Source of the DNA: Sulfitobacter sp.
Lineage (GTDB): Bacteria > Pseudomonadota > Alphaproteobacteria > Rhodobacterales > Rhodobacteraceae
DNA: 64,000 nt
Reading direction: 5' to 3'
Assembly: GCA_965212515.1 (NCBI GenBank)
Contig: OZ243121.1
Location: 17,620 to 81,619, forward strand
The notes beneath the pieces were generated by a model. The model saw only the letters and a program-made list of their open reading frames with translations. It made no database searches and was not told the DNA's origin. A program made the translations under genes and the position numbers. Of the stretch, positions 14,701-22,445 are shown one piece after another (position 1 is the first letter of the stretch; every line of letters starts with the position of its first letter).

Positions 14701-17662
14701 GGAATTCGACGTGGTCTCGACCACGGCCCTGGCCACCATCTCTCCCGCCCCGCTCACCATCGAGGTGGACGACCAGAGCAAGGTCTACGGCCAGACCTTC
14801 GCCTTCCTCGGAACGGAGTTCAATCCGGTCGGCCTGCTGGGTGTGGACACGGTGGATTCAGCGACCCTGACCAGCGCGGGCGCCACCGCCACGGCCCAGG
14901 TGGCCGACAGCCCCTTCGCCATCGACGCAACGGATTTCATCGGCACGGGCCTCGACAACTATGAGATTGAAGTGGTGTCGGGAGAGCTGACCGTCACCCC
15001 CGCGCCGCTCTCCATCGAAGTGGACGACCAGAGCAAGGTCTATGGCAGCACCTTCACCTTCCTGGGAACGGAGTTCAATCCGGTCGGCCTGTTGAACGCC
15101 GACACGGTGGATTCCGCGACCCTGACCAGCGCAGGCGCCCCCGCCACGGCCCAGGTGGCGGGCAGTCCCTTCGACATCGACGCGGCGGACTTCATCGGCA
15201 CGGGCCTCGACAACTACGAGATCGCCGTGGTGCCGGGGGAGCTGACCGTGACGCCCGCGCCGCTCACCATCGACGTCCTGGACCAGGACAAGGTGTACGG
15301 CGACGCGCTGCTCTTCGACGGGACGGAGTTCCTGACCGCCGGGCTGCTCAACGCGGACAGCGTGGACAGCCTGACCCTCGCCAGCCCCGGCGCCGCCGCC
15401 ACGGCCACCGTCGCGGGCAGCCCCTATGTGATCAGCGGCAGCGATCCCCAGGGCACGGGCCTTGGCAACTACAGCATCACCATCAACCCCGGCAGCCTGA
15501 CGGTCACCCTGCGGCCGCTGACCGTGACGGCGGATGACCAGTCCAAGGTCTTCGGCGATCTCTTCACCTTCGCGGGCACCGAGTTCACGACCGACGGGCT
15601 GGTCAACGGCGACAGCGTCACCAGCGCCACGCTGAGCAGCAGTGCCACCCCGGAAAGCGCCCCGGTGACGGACACGCCGGTGGCGATCCTCATCTCCGAC
15701 CCCCAGGGCACGGGCCTGGAAAACTACGAGATCAACCTGGTCGAGGGGCTCTTCACGGTGACCCCGGCAGGCCTGACCATCACCCCCGATGACCAGAGCA
15801 AGGTCTACGGCACCACCTTCACCTTCGCGGGCACGGAGTTCACCGTGACCGGCCTGCAACCGGGCGACAGCGTGGACAGCGTGACCCTGACCAGCGCGGG
15901 CGCGCCCGGCACGGCCACTGTCTCGGGTAGCCCCTACGACATCACCGCCAGCGATCCCCAGGGCACGGGACTCGACAACTATACCCTGATCTTCGGGGTA
16001 GGGGCCTTCACCGTGACCCCGGCGGGCCTGACCATCGCGCTGGATGACCAGACCAAGGTCTATGGCACCACCTTCACCTTTGCGGGAACGGAGTTCACCT
16101 CGGACCCGCTGCTCAACCAGGACAGCCTCGACAGCCTGACCATCGCCAGCCCCGGCGCCGCCGCGAGCGCCCAGGTGGCGGACGGGCCCTTCGCCATCAC
16201 CGGCAGTGATCCCCTGGGCACCGGGCTGGAGAACTACAGCATCACCATCCTGCCCGGCGCCATGAGCCTGACGCCCGCGCCCCTGACGATCACCGCCGAG
16301 GATCAGAGCAAGACCTACGGCGACGCGTTCACCTTCGCCGGGACGGAGTTCCTGGTGGAGGGGCTGGTGGACGGCAACGGCGACAGCGTGGATAGCGCGA
16401 CCCTGAGCAGCGATGCGGCACCGGGCACGGCGCCTGTCTCTCTCTCCCCCGCACCGATCACCCTGGCGGACCCGCTGGGCTCGGGGCTCGAGAACTACGA
16501 CATCACCCTCGCGCCGGGCAGCTTCACGATCAATCCCGCCGCCCTGACGATCACCGCCGATGACCAGAGCAAGACCTACGGCGACACCTTCACCTTCGCC
16601 GGGACGGAGTTCAGCGCCGTGGGCCTCGTCAACGGCGACACGGTGACCGGGGCGGACCTCGCCAGCGCCGCGACCGCGGCCACGGCGGAGGCCACGGGCG
16701 AGGGCTTCGAGACCATCACCATCGCCAACCCGGCGGGAACCGGGCTGGAGAACTACGTGATCGCCCTGGAGGAAGGCAACTTCACCGTGGAGCGCCGCGG
16801 CCTGACCGTCACGGCGGATGACCAGAGCAAGGTGCAGGGCGATCTCTTCACCTTCGCGGGCACCGAGTTCAGCACCGACGGGCTCGTCAACGGTGACACG
16901 GTGAGCTCGGCCGGGCTCTTCAGCGAGGGCGCCGCCGAGGAGGCCCTGGCCGAGGAGAGCCCCTTCGTCATCGAAATCAGCGAGATCAGCGGCGAGGGGC
17001 TGGAGAACTACGAGGTGGCCCTGGTGGAGGGCAGCTTCGAGGTGCGCGAGGAGGCCATCCCGCCGCCGCCCATCGACCCGCCGGTCATCACCCCGCCGCC
17101 CAACCCCGAGGACGAGGTCGAGATCGTCTTCCCCGGGCCGGGCGGTGAGGGCCAGGTCGGCGGCTCACCGAGCACGCCGGGGCTTCAGCAGTCTCAGGAC
17201 ACCCTGGAAATTGTCGATCAGGCTTCGGACGAGTTCGAGCAGGCGGTCCAGTCCTGCGGCGCGCCGGACCAGGACTTCGAGCGCTTCATGGCCTGCCTGA
17301 GCGCCTCTCTCGATACCTACGCCAACGCGCTGGACGAGATCGCCAACGACCTGCCGCGCGGCATGGAGACCGTGGCGGCGACGATCCAGACCGCCCGCGC
17401 GGGCGTCGATGCGGCGACGGTGCGGGCCCGGGCGCGCCTTGCCGGTGCCAGCTCAGAGGCCGAGCGCCAGGCGATCCGCCGCGACGCGGTGAACGAGGCC
17501 CGGGCCGCCATCGACACGGCGAAGGAGGAGATCCGCAAGTCGATCAGCCTGATCAGGGCCGAGGATCCGGCGGTCGCTCAGGTGCAGCGGGCGACGGTAC
17601 AGCGCGTCGTGACGGCCTTCGACCGGGTCGATACGCAACTGGTCCGCGCCGCCGAGCTGTGA
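11648..17662 (+). CDS. filamentous-hemagglutinin-like TpsA exoprotein (TPS domain, GLUG motifs, MBG/YGX repeats, Pro-rich plus helical C-terminus)
   Basis: TPS-domain motifs QGSDRAVVDWQSFSIG, LNRVTG and FLVNPNGIFIG. GGDGGFAEVSG beta-helix motif. GLUG-like motifs GGIVARNFGTIEDS, GGVAGENLGLIEDSYA and GGLVGANGGTVNRSYA. Nine ~85-aa repeats. The start is uncertain: ATG 11648 overlaps tpsB by 56 nt, and the signal-like RRRFWPGLLALGAALAPVWVSA follows. Track ORF 11129.. is over-extended. Confidence 0.85.
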   Translation: MTTCRTTIASASRGPSGSELRRRFWPGLLALGAALAPVWVSAQDLPTGGQVAQGSVEIGTPTDQSLAITQGSDRAVVDWQSFSIGSGHRVEITQPGADAALLNRVTGDTTSQIHGQLQANGRVFLVNPNGIFIGPTGQVDAGAFVASTLAMRPDQFMLGETVFEGEGASATVSNAGTIQVVPGGYAALIGGRVSNSGVIRAPLGKVGLASGERVTLDLSGDGFLQVAVPTESDDPALKALIENSGTIEANGGSVHIAAATARSAARQAINLGGIVEARTVSGRNGLVTLGGGGGGRVTVTGRVTTAPRVTVTSSARPQLRPGPITITGQEIALEGATLEASGARGGGEIIVGGDPRGTPDLPRAERLTVDGASRLLADALVSGDGGRVILWSDLHTSFEGRISARGGPEGGDGGFAEVSGREILSFGGRADLRAPQGAWGQLLLDPTDVFIVATLSGDPREILASDVEAQLALGDVIIDTDGPDSDAGNIEVNAPLSWTDATELFLNPDNTATINAAITAPSGTLRLEALGIAPITTGPGGAISVGTFYLSGGDWEQVSAPLPAFSADNFMLAPGSIFLRALGGDGSAATPYLLTDVFGLQGLGAGDLGSASYALANDIDASGTEDWTSPSGNEGFVPIFSFDGVLDGQRHSIDGLYIFQSAGFGMGYAGLFETIGSGATIRELSLTGATVMGPEAGILAWINDGLVQGVHTGGSVTAYGTAGGGIVARNFGTIEDSRSDALVEDGLDPFGGPPSTGAYGGVAGVNELTGEIFTSHSQGDIFFDIPDEGAGGGVAGENLGLIEDSYAIAGVTGGSGITTNIGGLVGANGGTVNRSYAAGPVGPTGPSCCALLNEGGLVGLNLSGLTPGTVSDSFWDSEATGQTSSDGGGTSLTTAEMIDTDFFLAAMRAAGWDEFGTWAPPGNGDYARNYTTSPVVFFDLDDTAFLYQGDDSVPEFFVTIGGLDSFVDPIGSPAYLFGPEGDSFDVNIVTDTAAVDSFDVGIQPYGLESTFFTSDLGEEFDVVSTTALATISPAPLTIEVDDQSKVYGQTFAFLGTEFNPVGLLGVDTVDSATLTSAGATATAQVADSPFAIDATDFIGTGLDNYEIEVVSGELTVTPAPLSIEVDDQSKVYGSTFTFLGTEFNPVGLLNADTVDSATLTSAGAPATAQVAGSPFDIDAADFIGTGLDNYEIAVVPGELTVTPAPLTIDVLDQDKVYGDALLFDGTEFLTAGLLNADSVDSLTLASPGAAATATVAGSPYVISGSDPQGTGLGNYSITINPGSLTVTLRPLTVTADDQSKVFGDLFTFAGTEFTTDGLVNGDSVTSATLSSSATPESAPVTDTPVAILISDPQGTGLENYEINLVEGLFTVTPAGLTITPDDQSKVYGTTFTFAGTEFTVTGLQPGDSVDSVTLTSAGAPGTATVSGSPYDITASDPQGTGLDNYTLIFGVGAFTVTPAGLTIALDDQTKVYGTTFTFAGTEFTSDPLLNQDSLDSLTIASPGAAASAQVADGPFAITGSDPLGTGLENYSITILPGAMSLTPAPLTITAEDQSKTYGDAFTFAGTEFLVEGLVDGNGDSVDSATLSSDAAPGTAPVSLSPAPITLADPLGSGLENYDITLAPGSFTINPAALTITADDQSKTYGDTFTFAGTEFSAVGLVNGDTVTGADLASAATAATAEATGEGFETITIANPAGTGLENYVIALEEGNFTVERRGLTVTADDQSKVQGDLFTFAGTEFSTDGLVNGDTVSSAGLFSEGAAEEALAEESPFVIEISEISGEGLENYEVALVEGSFEVREEAIPPPPIDPPVITPPPNPEDEVEIVFPGPGGEGQVGGSPSTPGLQQSQDTLEIVDQASDEFEQAVQSCGAPDQDFERFMACLSASLDTYANALDEIANDLPRGMETVAATIQTARAGVDAATVRARARLAGASSEAERQAIRRDAVNEARAAIDTAKEEIRKSISLIRAEDPAVAQVQRATVQRVVTAFDRVDTQLVRAAEL
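14741..17047 (+). repeat. nine tandem in-frame coding repeats (six of exactly 255 nt / 85 aa, then 261, 258 and ~258 nt), MBG (YGX-type)-like
   Basis: Units start at 14741, 14996, 15251, 15506, 15761, 16016, 16271, 16532 and 16790. Each begins (T/S)PAPLTI..DDQSK(V/T)YG..F.F.GTEF...GL...D.V.S.TL.S and ends GTGL.NY.I....G.(L/F)TV. Units 1 and 2 are also very similar at nucleotide level. Confidence 0.85.
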
Positions 17663-17674
17663 TGGGGGGATGCC

Positions 17675-19618
17675 GTGACGCGCCGCCTGATCCTCCTCTG
17701 GTCCGCCTTCTGCCTGTTCCTGTCGGTCGGCCTCGGGCTGGCCCAGGCACCCGAGGATGAGAGCCGGGTCGCCCTGATCGTGGGCAATTCGGACTACGAT
17801 CTGGTCGGCTCGCTCGATAACCCCGGCAACGATGCCAGCGATATGGCCGTGGCCCTCGAGGGGCTGGGCTTCGAGGTCTACCTCGGGCTCGACGTGACCC
17901 TGGCCGAGATGGGCCGCCTGACGGAGGCCTTTGCGCAGGCCACCGCCAACGCCGACGTGGCGCTCTTCTACTACGCGGGCCACGGCTTCCAGGTCGGGGG
18001 CGAGAACTACCTGGTGCCCACCGATGCCCGCATACAGCGCCCCGAGGACGTGGGCAGCCAGACCTTCCCCCTGGGCGAGGTGCTGCGCCTGATGGAGGCG
18101 GCGCCGGGGATCAAGTTCGTCTTTCTCGATGCCTGCCGGGACAATCCCTTCGAGGGGGTCCTGAGCGCCGTGTCGGAGGGGCTGGCGCGGGTCGGCGACG
18201 CGCGGGACTTCATGATCTCCTTCGCCACCCAACCCGACAACGTGGCCTACGACGGCACCGGGCGGAACTCCTTCTTCACCGAGGCCCTGCTGGGCCACAT
18301 CTACACCCCGGGGCAGGACATCTCGGACCTGATGATCCAGGTGCGCAAGGATGTCCTGGCGGCCACCGGCGGGCGCCAGATCCCCTGGGAAAACAGCTCC
18401 CTCACCCGGCAGTTCCGCTTCGATCCGCGCCCCGATACCGTCTCGGCCGAGACCCTGCTGTGGCAGGTGGCGGCCAACGCCCGCGATCCGCAGCTCATGA
18501 AGCTCTATGCCGAACGCTATCCCCAGGGCACGCACCTGCCCCAGGTCATGGCCTTTCTCGATCCCGAGAGCGGCGGCACCCTGTCGCGCACCTACAGCCC
18601 CACGGAGCCCGACGCCCAGGAGACCCGGCTCTGGCAACTGGCGCAGCGCAGCCGGATGCGGACCCTGGTGCAGTTCTACATCGACCAGTATCCCCAGGGC
18701 GCCCACGCGCGCGAGGCGCGGCGGCTGATCGCCACCCTGCCCTCGGGCGAGGAGGGCGGGCCGGGGCCCCTCTGCGAACGGCTGGCCACCCACCCGCGCG
18801 ATGCCACCGCCAGCACGGCGGGCATCCCCTTCGCCCAGTTGCAGCAGAACGCCGTGGCGGCGATCCAGGCCTGCGAGGCGGCGGCGGCCGCGGCGCCCGA
18901 GCTGCCCCACTACCGCGCGCTGCTGGCGCGGGCCACCATCGCGGCGGGCGATCTGGCCCGCGCCGTGAGCCTCTACCAGGAGGCGGCGGAGCTGGGCGAC
19001 CTGCGCGCCATGGTGAGCCTCGGGCTACTGATGGAGCAGGGCCAGGGCCTGCCGCAGAACCGGACGGAGGCGCTGCGGCTTTACCAGCGGGCGGCCAAGG
19101 GCGGCAGCGCGGACGGGATGATCAACCTGGCCTACGCGCTCTTTACCGGCGATGGCGTCCAGGCGGACCCGGATCAGGCCATCGCCCTCTTTCGCCAGGC
19201 GGCAGAGGAGGGCTCGGCCATCGCCACCTTCAACCTCGGGGTCCTGACCCAGGACGGGGTGACGGGCGAGCCTTCGGAGGCCCTGGCGCTCTTCCGGCGG
19301 GCGGCCCAGGGCGGCGAGGGGCGCGGCTACGTGGCCGGGGCGATCCTGCTGGACGAGGGCAGGGGCGTGCCCCGCGACCCCGAGGCGGCGGCCAACATGC
19401 TGCTGCGCGGTGCGGCGGAGGATGGCGGCCAGTCGATCCAGGAGCTGACCCAGAAGACCCAGGACTGGTCGCGCGAGACGGTCATGGCGGTGCAGCGGCG
19501 GCTGCAACAGGCGGGCCACTACGACAGCACGGTCGATGGCCTGGCGGGGCCGCGCTTTGCCGCGGCGCTGGAGGCTTGGCGCAACGGCGGCTTCGATGCC
19601 GCCGTGCTTGTCGAGTAG
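17675..19618 (+). CDS. secreted caspase-family (peptidase C14) protein with Sel1 repeats and C-terminal PG_binding_1-like domain
   Basis: GTG start 12 nt after the tpsA stop. Signal peptide ...SVGLGLAQA. Caspase His in YYAGHG (H103, nt 17981-17983) and Cys in FLDACRDNPF (C154, nt 18134-18136). Several Sel1-like repeats (e.g. GDLRAMVSLGLLMEQGQGLPQNRTEALRLYQRAA). C-terminal VMAVQRRLQQAGHYDSTVDGLAGPRFAAALEAW. Confidence 0.85.
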   Translation: MTRRLILLWSAFCLFLSVGLGLAQAPEDESRVALIVGNSDYDLVGSLDNPGNDASDMAVALEGLGFEVYLGLDVTLAEMGRLTEAFAQATANADVALFYYAGHGFQVGGENYLVPTDARIQRPEDVGSQTFPLGEVLRLMEAAPGIKFVFLDACRDNPFEGVLSAVSEGLARVGDARDFMISFATQPDNVAYDGTGRNSFFTEALLGHIYTPGQDISDLMIQVRKDVLAATGGRQIPWENSSLTRQFRFDPRPDTVSAETLLWQVAANARDPQLMKLYAERYPQGTHLPQVMAFLDPESGGTLSRTYSPTEPDAQETRLWQLAQRSRMRTLVQFYIDQYPQGAHAREARRLIATLPSGEEGGPGPLCERLATHPRDATASTAGIPFAQLQQNAVAAIQACEAAAAAAPELPHYRALLARATIAAGDLARAVSLYQEAAELGDLRAMVSLGLLMEQGQGLPQNRTEALRLYQRAAKGGSADGMINLAYALFTGDGVQADPDQAIALFRQAAEEGSAIATFNLGVLTQDGVTGEPSEALALFRRAAQGGEGRGYVAGAILLDEGRGVPRDPEAAANMLLRGAAEDGGQSIQELTQKTQDWSRETVMAVQRRLQQAGHYDSTVDGLAGPRFAAALEAWRNGGFDAAVLVE

Positions 19619-19622
19619 CGCT

Positions 19623-20999
19623 CTAGGCGGTCCCCGCGCGGCCGGCGATCTCCCCCAGGACCACGGCGGCCAGCAGCCCGTTGCCCGAGAGGTAACCGCT
19701 GTCGCCGCTGCCGGAGACACCGCAGGCGGCCCCGCCCGCCGCGTAGAGGTTGGCGAAGGTGCCGCCGTCGGTGCGCTTCACAAGGGCGCTCTCGGGCGCC
19801 ACCTCCAGCCCGCCCTGGGTGTGGAAGAGCGCGCCGGTCACCTTGGCGGCGTAGAAGGGCGGCGCCAGGGGCGGGGTCTGCCAGCTCCGGCCAAAGCCGT
19901 CGCGGCCGCCCCGGGGGATCTCCGCCAGGGTCTCGGCCAGGGGGCCGGGCGGCAGGCCGCAGAGACGGGCCAGTTCCTCTATCTCATCGGCCTTGTGCAG
20001 GGCGCCCTGGGCCTCGGCCTGCTTGAAGTCCTCGAACTGGCGGGCGATGGCGGCGATGCGGTGATCGAAGATCGTCCAGGCGCGACCGCCGGGCTGGGCC
20101 AGGACGGCGCGGGCCGCCTCGGAATAGCCCTGGCTCTCGTCCCAGAAGCGGCGTCCGCGCAGGTTCACCTGAAAGCCCCCCTCGGTGATCGTGGCCCAGG
20201 TGATGAGGATGCCGTGCGGATGGGCGACGTTGCCGTGCCCCTGGTAGGCGCCCAGGTGGCGCGTCCGGGCGCCGAGGGCGGCGCCCCAGGTGACGGCCTC
20301 GCCGCGGTTGCCGTCATGGCCGAACCAGAGCGCCTGTTCGATCTGCGGCATGTGGGCGCGCACCATCTCTCGGTTCCCGCCGAAGCCGTTGCAGGCCAGG
20401 ATGATGCGCCCCGCGCCGACGCTCTCGGTGCCGCCATCGGGGCTGGCCAGGGTGGCGCCGCTGACGCGCGCGCCCTCGGCGTGCAGCACCACCGCGCGGC
20501 GTTCGCAGATCAGCGGGATCTCCGCCGCCTCCACCCGGGCGCGCAGGGCATCGACGAGGGCCGCGCCCGAGCGGCTTGGCAAGCCGTGCATCCGGCGGCG
20601 GCTGTGGCCGGGATAGTCGAAGTCGTGGACCAGGGAGAAGGGCAGATCGTGGCGCTCGGCGAGCCAGTCGATGACCCGCGCCGCGCCCTCCGTCAGGGCG
20701 CGCACCAGCGCGGGGTCGTTCTCGTCCGCCGCCTTCTTCTGGATGTCCTCGGCGAAGGTCTCGGCGCTGTCGCTGATCCCGGCGGCGCGCTGGATGGCGG
20801 TGCCCGCGGCGGGGATCAGCCCCGCGCTCAGGGCGGTGGAGCCCGCGGGCAGGGCCTCGGCCTCGACCAGGAGCACCTCCTGGCCCGCCTCCTGCGCGGC
20901 CAGGGCCGCCACCAGGCCGCAGGCCCCGGCGCCGATGATCAGGGTCTCGACCTCCACGTCCCAGGCCGAAAGCGGCGGTGCGATCTCAGGACTTGCCAT
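19623..20999 (-). CDS. FAD-dependent oxidoreductase (fumarate reductase / succinate dehydrogenase flavoprotein-like, FAD_binding_2 type)
   Basis: Track ORF 19623..21395 trimmed to the ATG at 20999 (overlaps the upstream gene by 14 nt). Dinucleotide fold LIIGAGACGLVAALAAQEAGQEVLLVEAE. C-terminal GLYAAGG-like NLYAAGGAACGVSG. Confidence 0.8.
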   Translation of the reverse strand: MASPEIAPPLSAWDVEVETLIIGAGACGLVAALAAQEAGQEVLLVEAEALPAGSTALSAGLIPAAGTAIQRAAGISDSAETFAEDIQKKAADENDPALVRALTEGAARVIDWLAERHDLPFSLVHDFDYPGHSRRRMHGLPSRSGAALVDALRARVEAAEIPLICERRAVVLHAEGARVSGATLASPDGGTESVGAGRIILACNGFGGNREMVRAHMPQIEQALWFGHDGNRGEAVTWGAALGARTRHLGAYQGHGNVAHPHGILITWATITEGGFQVNLRGRRFWDESQGYSEAARAVLAQPGGRAWTIFDHRIAAIARQFEDFKQAEAQGALHKADEIEELARLCGLPPGPLAETLAEIPRGGRDGFGRSWQTPPLAPPFYAAKVTGALFHTQGGLEVAPESALVKRTDGGTFANLYAAGGAACGVSGSGDSGYLSGNGLLAAVVLGEIAGRAGTA

Positions 21000-21846
21000 C
21001 GAACCGCTTGCCCAGGGCCAGCATCTCGGGCGTGCCGATGGCGGCATTGAGCCCGTCGAAGTCGTGCATCCTATCGGCGAAGGGCTTGTTGGAGCCATGT
21101 TCGCGCAGGCTGGCGTAGTAGTCGGCGGCGTGGCGGGCGAGGGCCCGGACGATGCCACCGGGGAAGATGACGATGTCGAAGCCCATCTCCTCCAGCGTCT
21201 GGGCCGAGGAGATGGGCGTGGCCCCGCCCTCAACCATGTTGGCCAGCAGCGGGATACGGCCCCGGAAGGCCTCGGCCACCTGGCCCAGCTCATCCGAGGA
21301 GCGGGGTGCTTCGATGAAGAGCACGTCGGCGCCCGCTTCGAGGTAGGCCTCCGCACGCTCGCGGGCGGCCTCGAAGCCCTCCACGGCGATGGCATCGGTG
21401 CGGGCCACGATCAGGGTGTCGCTTCGCCGCGCGTCGGCCATGGCGGCAATCTTGCCCGCCATCTCGTCGCGCGGGATGAGCGACTTGTCCGAGAGGTGGC
21501 CGCACTTCTTGGGATAGGTCTGGTCCTCCACCTGAAGGGCGGCGGCCCCGGCGCGTTCGTAGCTCTGCATGGTGCGGCGGGCATTAAGCGCGTTGCCGAA
21601 GCCGGTGTCGGCATCCATGATCACCGGCAGGTCGGTGCGGTCGGCGATCAGGGCCATGGTCTCGGCCATCTCGGAGGCGGTGGAGAGACCGATGTCGGGG
21701 CGGCCCAGCCGGGTATAGGCGACGGCGGCGCCGGAAAGGTAGAGGGCCTCGAACCCGGCCTGTTCCGCGAGGGCGGCAGTGAGACCATCGTAGACCCCGG
21801 GGGCCACCAGGATGCCGGGCTCCTTCAGGCGGGCGCGCAGGCTCAT
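20986..21846 (-). CDS. isocitrate lyase / PEP mutase superfamily enzyme (methylisocitrate-lyase / oxaloacetate-decarboxylase-like)
   Basis: 286 aa. Motifs YLSGAAV, DADTGFG and EDQTYPKKCGH (the KKCGH catalytic loop of ICL/PEPM lyases). Confidence 0.85.
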   Translation of the reverse strand: MSLRARLKEPGILVAPGVYDGLTAALAEQAGFEALYLSGAAVAYTRLGRPDIGLSTASEMAETMALIADRTDLPVIMDADTGFGNALNARRTMQSYERAGAAALQVEDQTYPKKCGHLSDKSLIPRDEMAGKIAAMADARRSDTLIVARTDAIAVEGFEAARERAEAYLEAGADVLFIEAPRSSDELGQVAEAFRGRIPLLANMVEGGATPISSAQTLEEMGFDIVIFPGGIVRALARHAADYYASLREHGSNKPFADRMHDFDGLNAAIGTPEMLALGKRFDGKS

Positions 21847-22445
21847 GACGCGCCCTCCAGCAGGGCCACAGCCTCGGCGCAGGTCATCACCTCGGTGACC
21901 GATCCGAGGGAGGTGAGGGTGGCCTCGTGGACCTCTTCCTTAAAGGCGGCGCAACCGTCCGACAGCAGGATGGTGTGGATGTCGCGCAGGTGGGCGTCGC
22001 GCACGGTGGAGGCCACCCCGCCATTGGTGACGATGCCGCCGACGATCAGGGTGTCGATCCCCATGGCGCGCAGGATGTACTCCAGCCGGGTCTGGTAGAA
22101 GGCGGAGTAGGCCACCTTCTCGATCGTGAAATCCGCAGGCGCCAGTTCATCCACCAGGGCATGGCCGAAGGCGCCCGGGGCAAAGTCCCCCTTGGTGAGG
22201 AAGGGCCGCAGCCGCTTGAGGTGAGCGGCGATCAGGGGCTCATCGTCGCGGCCCGGCACCAGGGTAAACTGGGCCGAGACATAGGCGCCGCCCGCTTCGG
22301 TCAGGGCGCGCTTCAGGGGCGCGATGCGGGGCGGCAGGGCGGTGATCGCCTTGGCGGTCTGGCCCGCGCGGCCATAGGCCCCTTCGGGATGCAGGAAATC
22401 GTTCTGCAGGTCGATGGTCAGGAGGGCGGTCTTGGCTGGGGTCAT
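21843..22445 (-). CDS. isochorismatase-family cysteine hydrolase (amidase-like)
   Basis: 200 aa. ALLTIDLQNDF N-terminal motif and GIVTNGGVASTVRDA region. ATGA overlaps on both sides. Confidence 0.85.
   Translation of the reverse strand: MTPAKTALLTIDLQNDFLHPEGAYGRAGQTAKAITALPPRIAPLKRALTEAGGAYVSAQFTLVPGRDDEPLIAAHLKRLRPFLTKGDFAPGAFGHALVDELAPADFTIEKVAYSAFYQTRLEYILRAMGIDTLIVGGIVTNGGVASTVRDAHLRDIHTILLSDGCAAFKEEVHEATLTSLGSVTEVMTCAEAVALLEGAS

Noticed and set aside
14741-17047. Regular ~255-nt tandem repeats as a possible CRISPR-like or satellite array
   Set aside because: They are in-frame, coding MBG-type protein repeats inside tpsA with no spacer/repeat alternation.
11648-17662. TpsA as a contact-dependent inhibition (CdiA-type) toxin
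   Set aside because: I saw no VENN or other pre-toxin demarcation motif, no recognisable C-terminal toxin fold and no small immunity ORF downstream. The next gene is a 647-aa secreted caspase-like protein.
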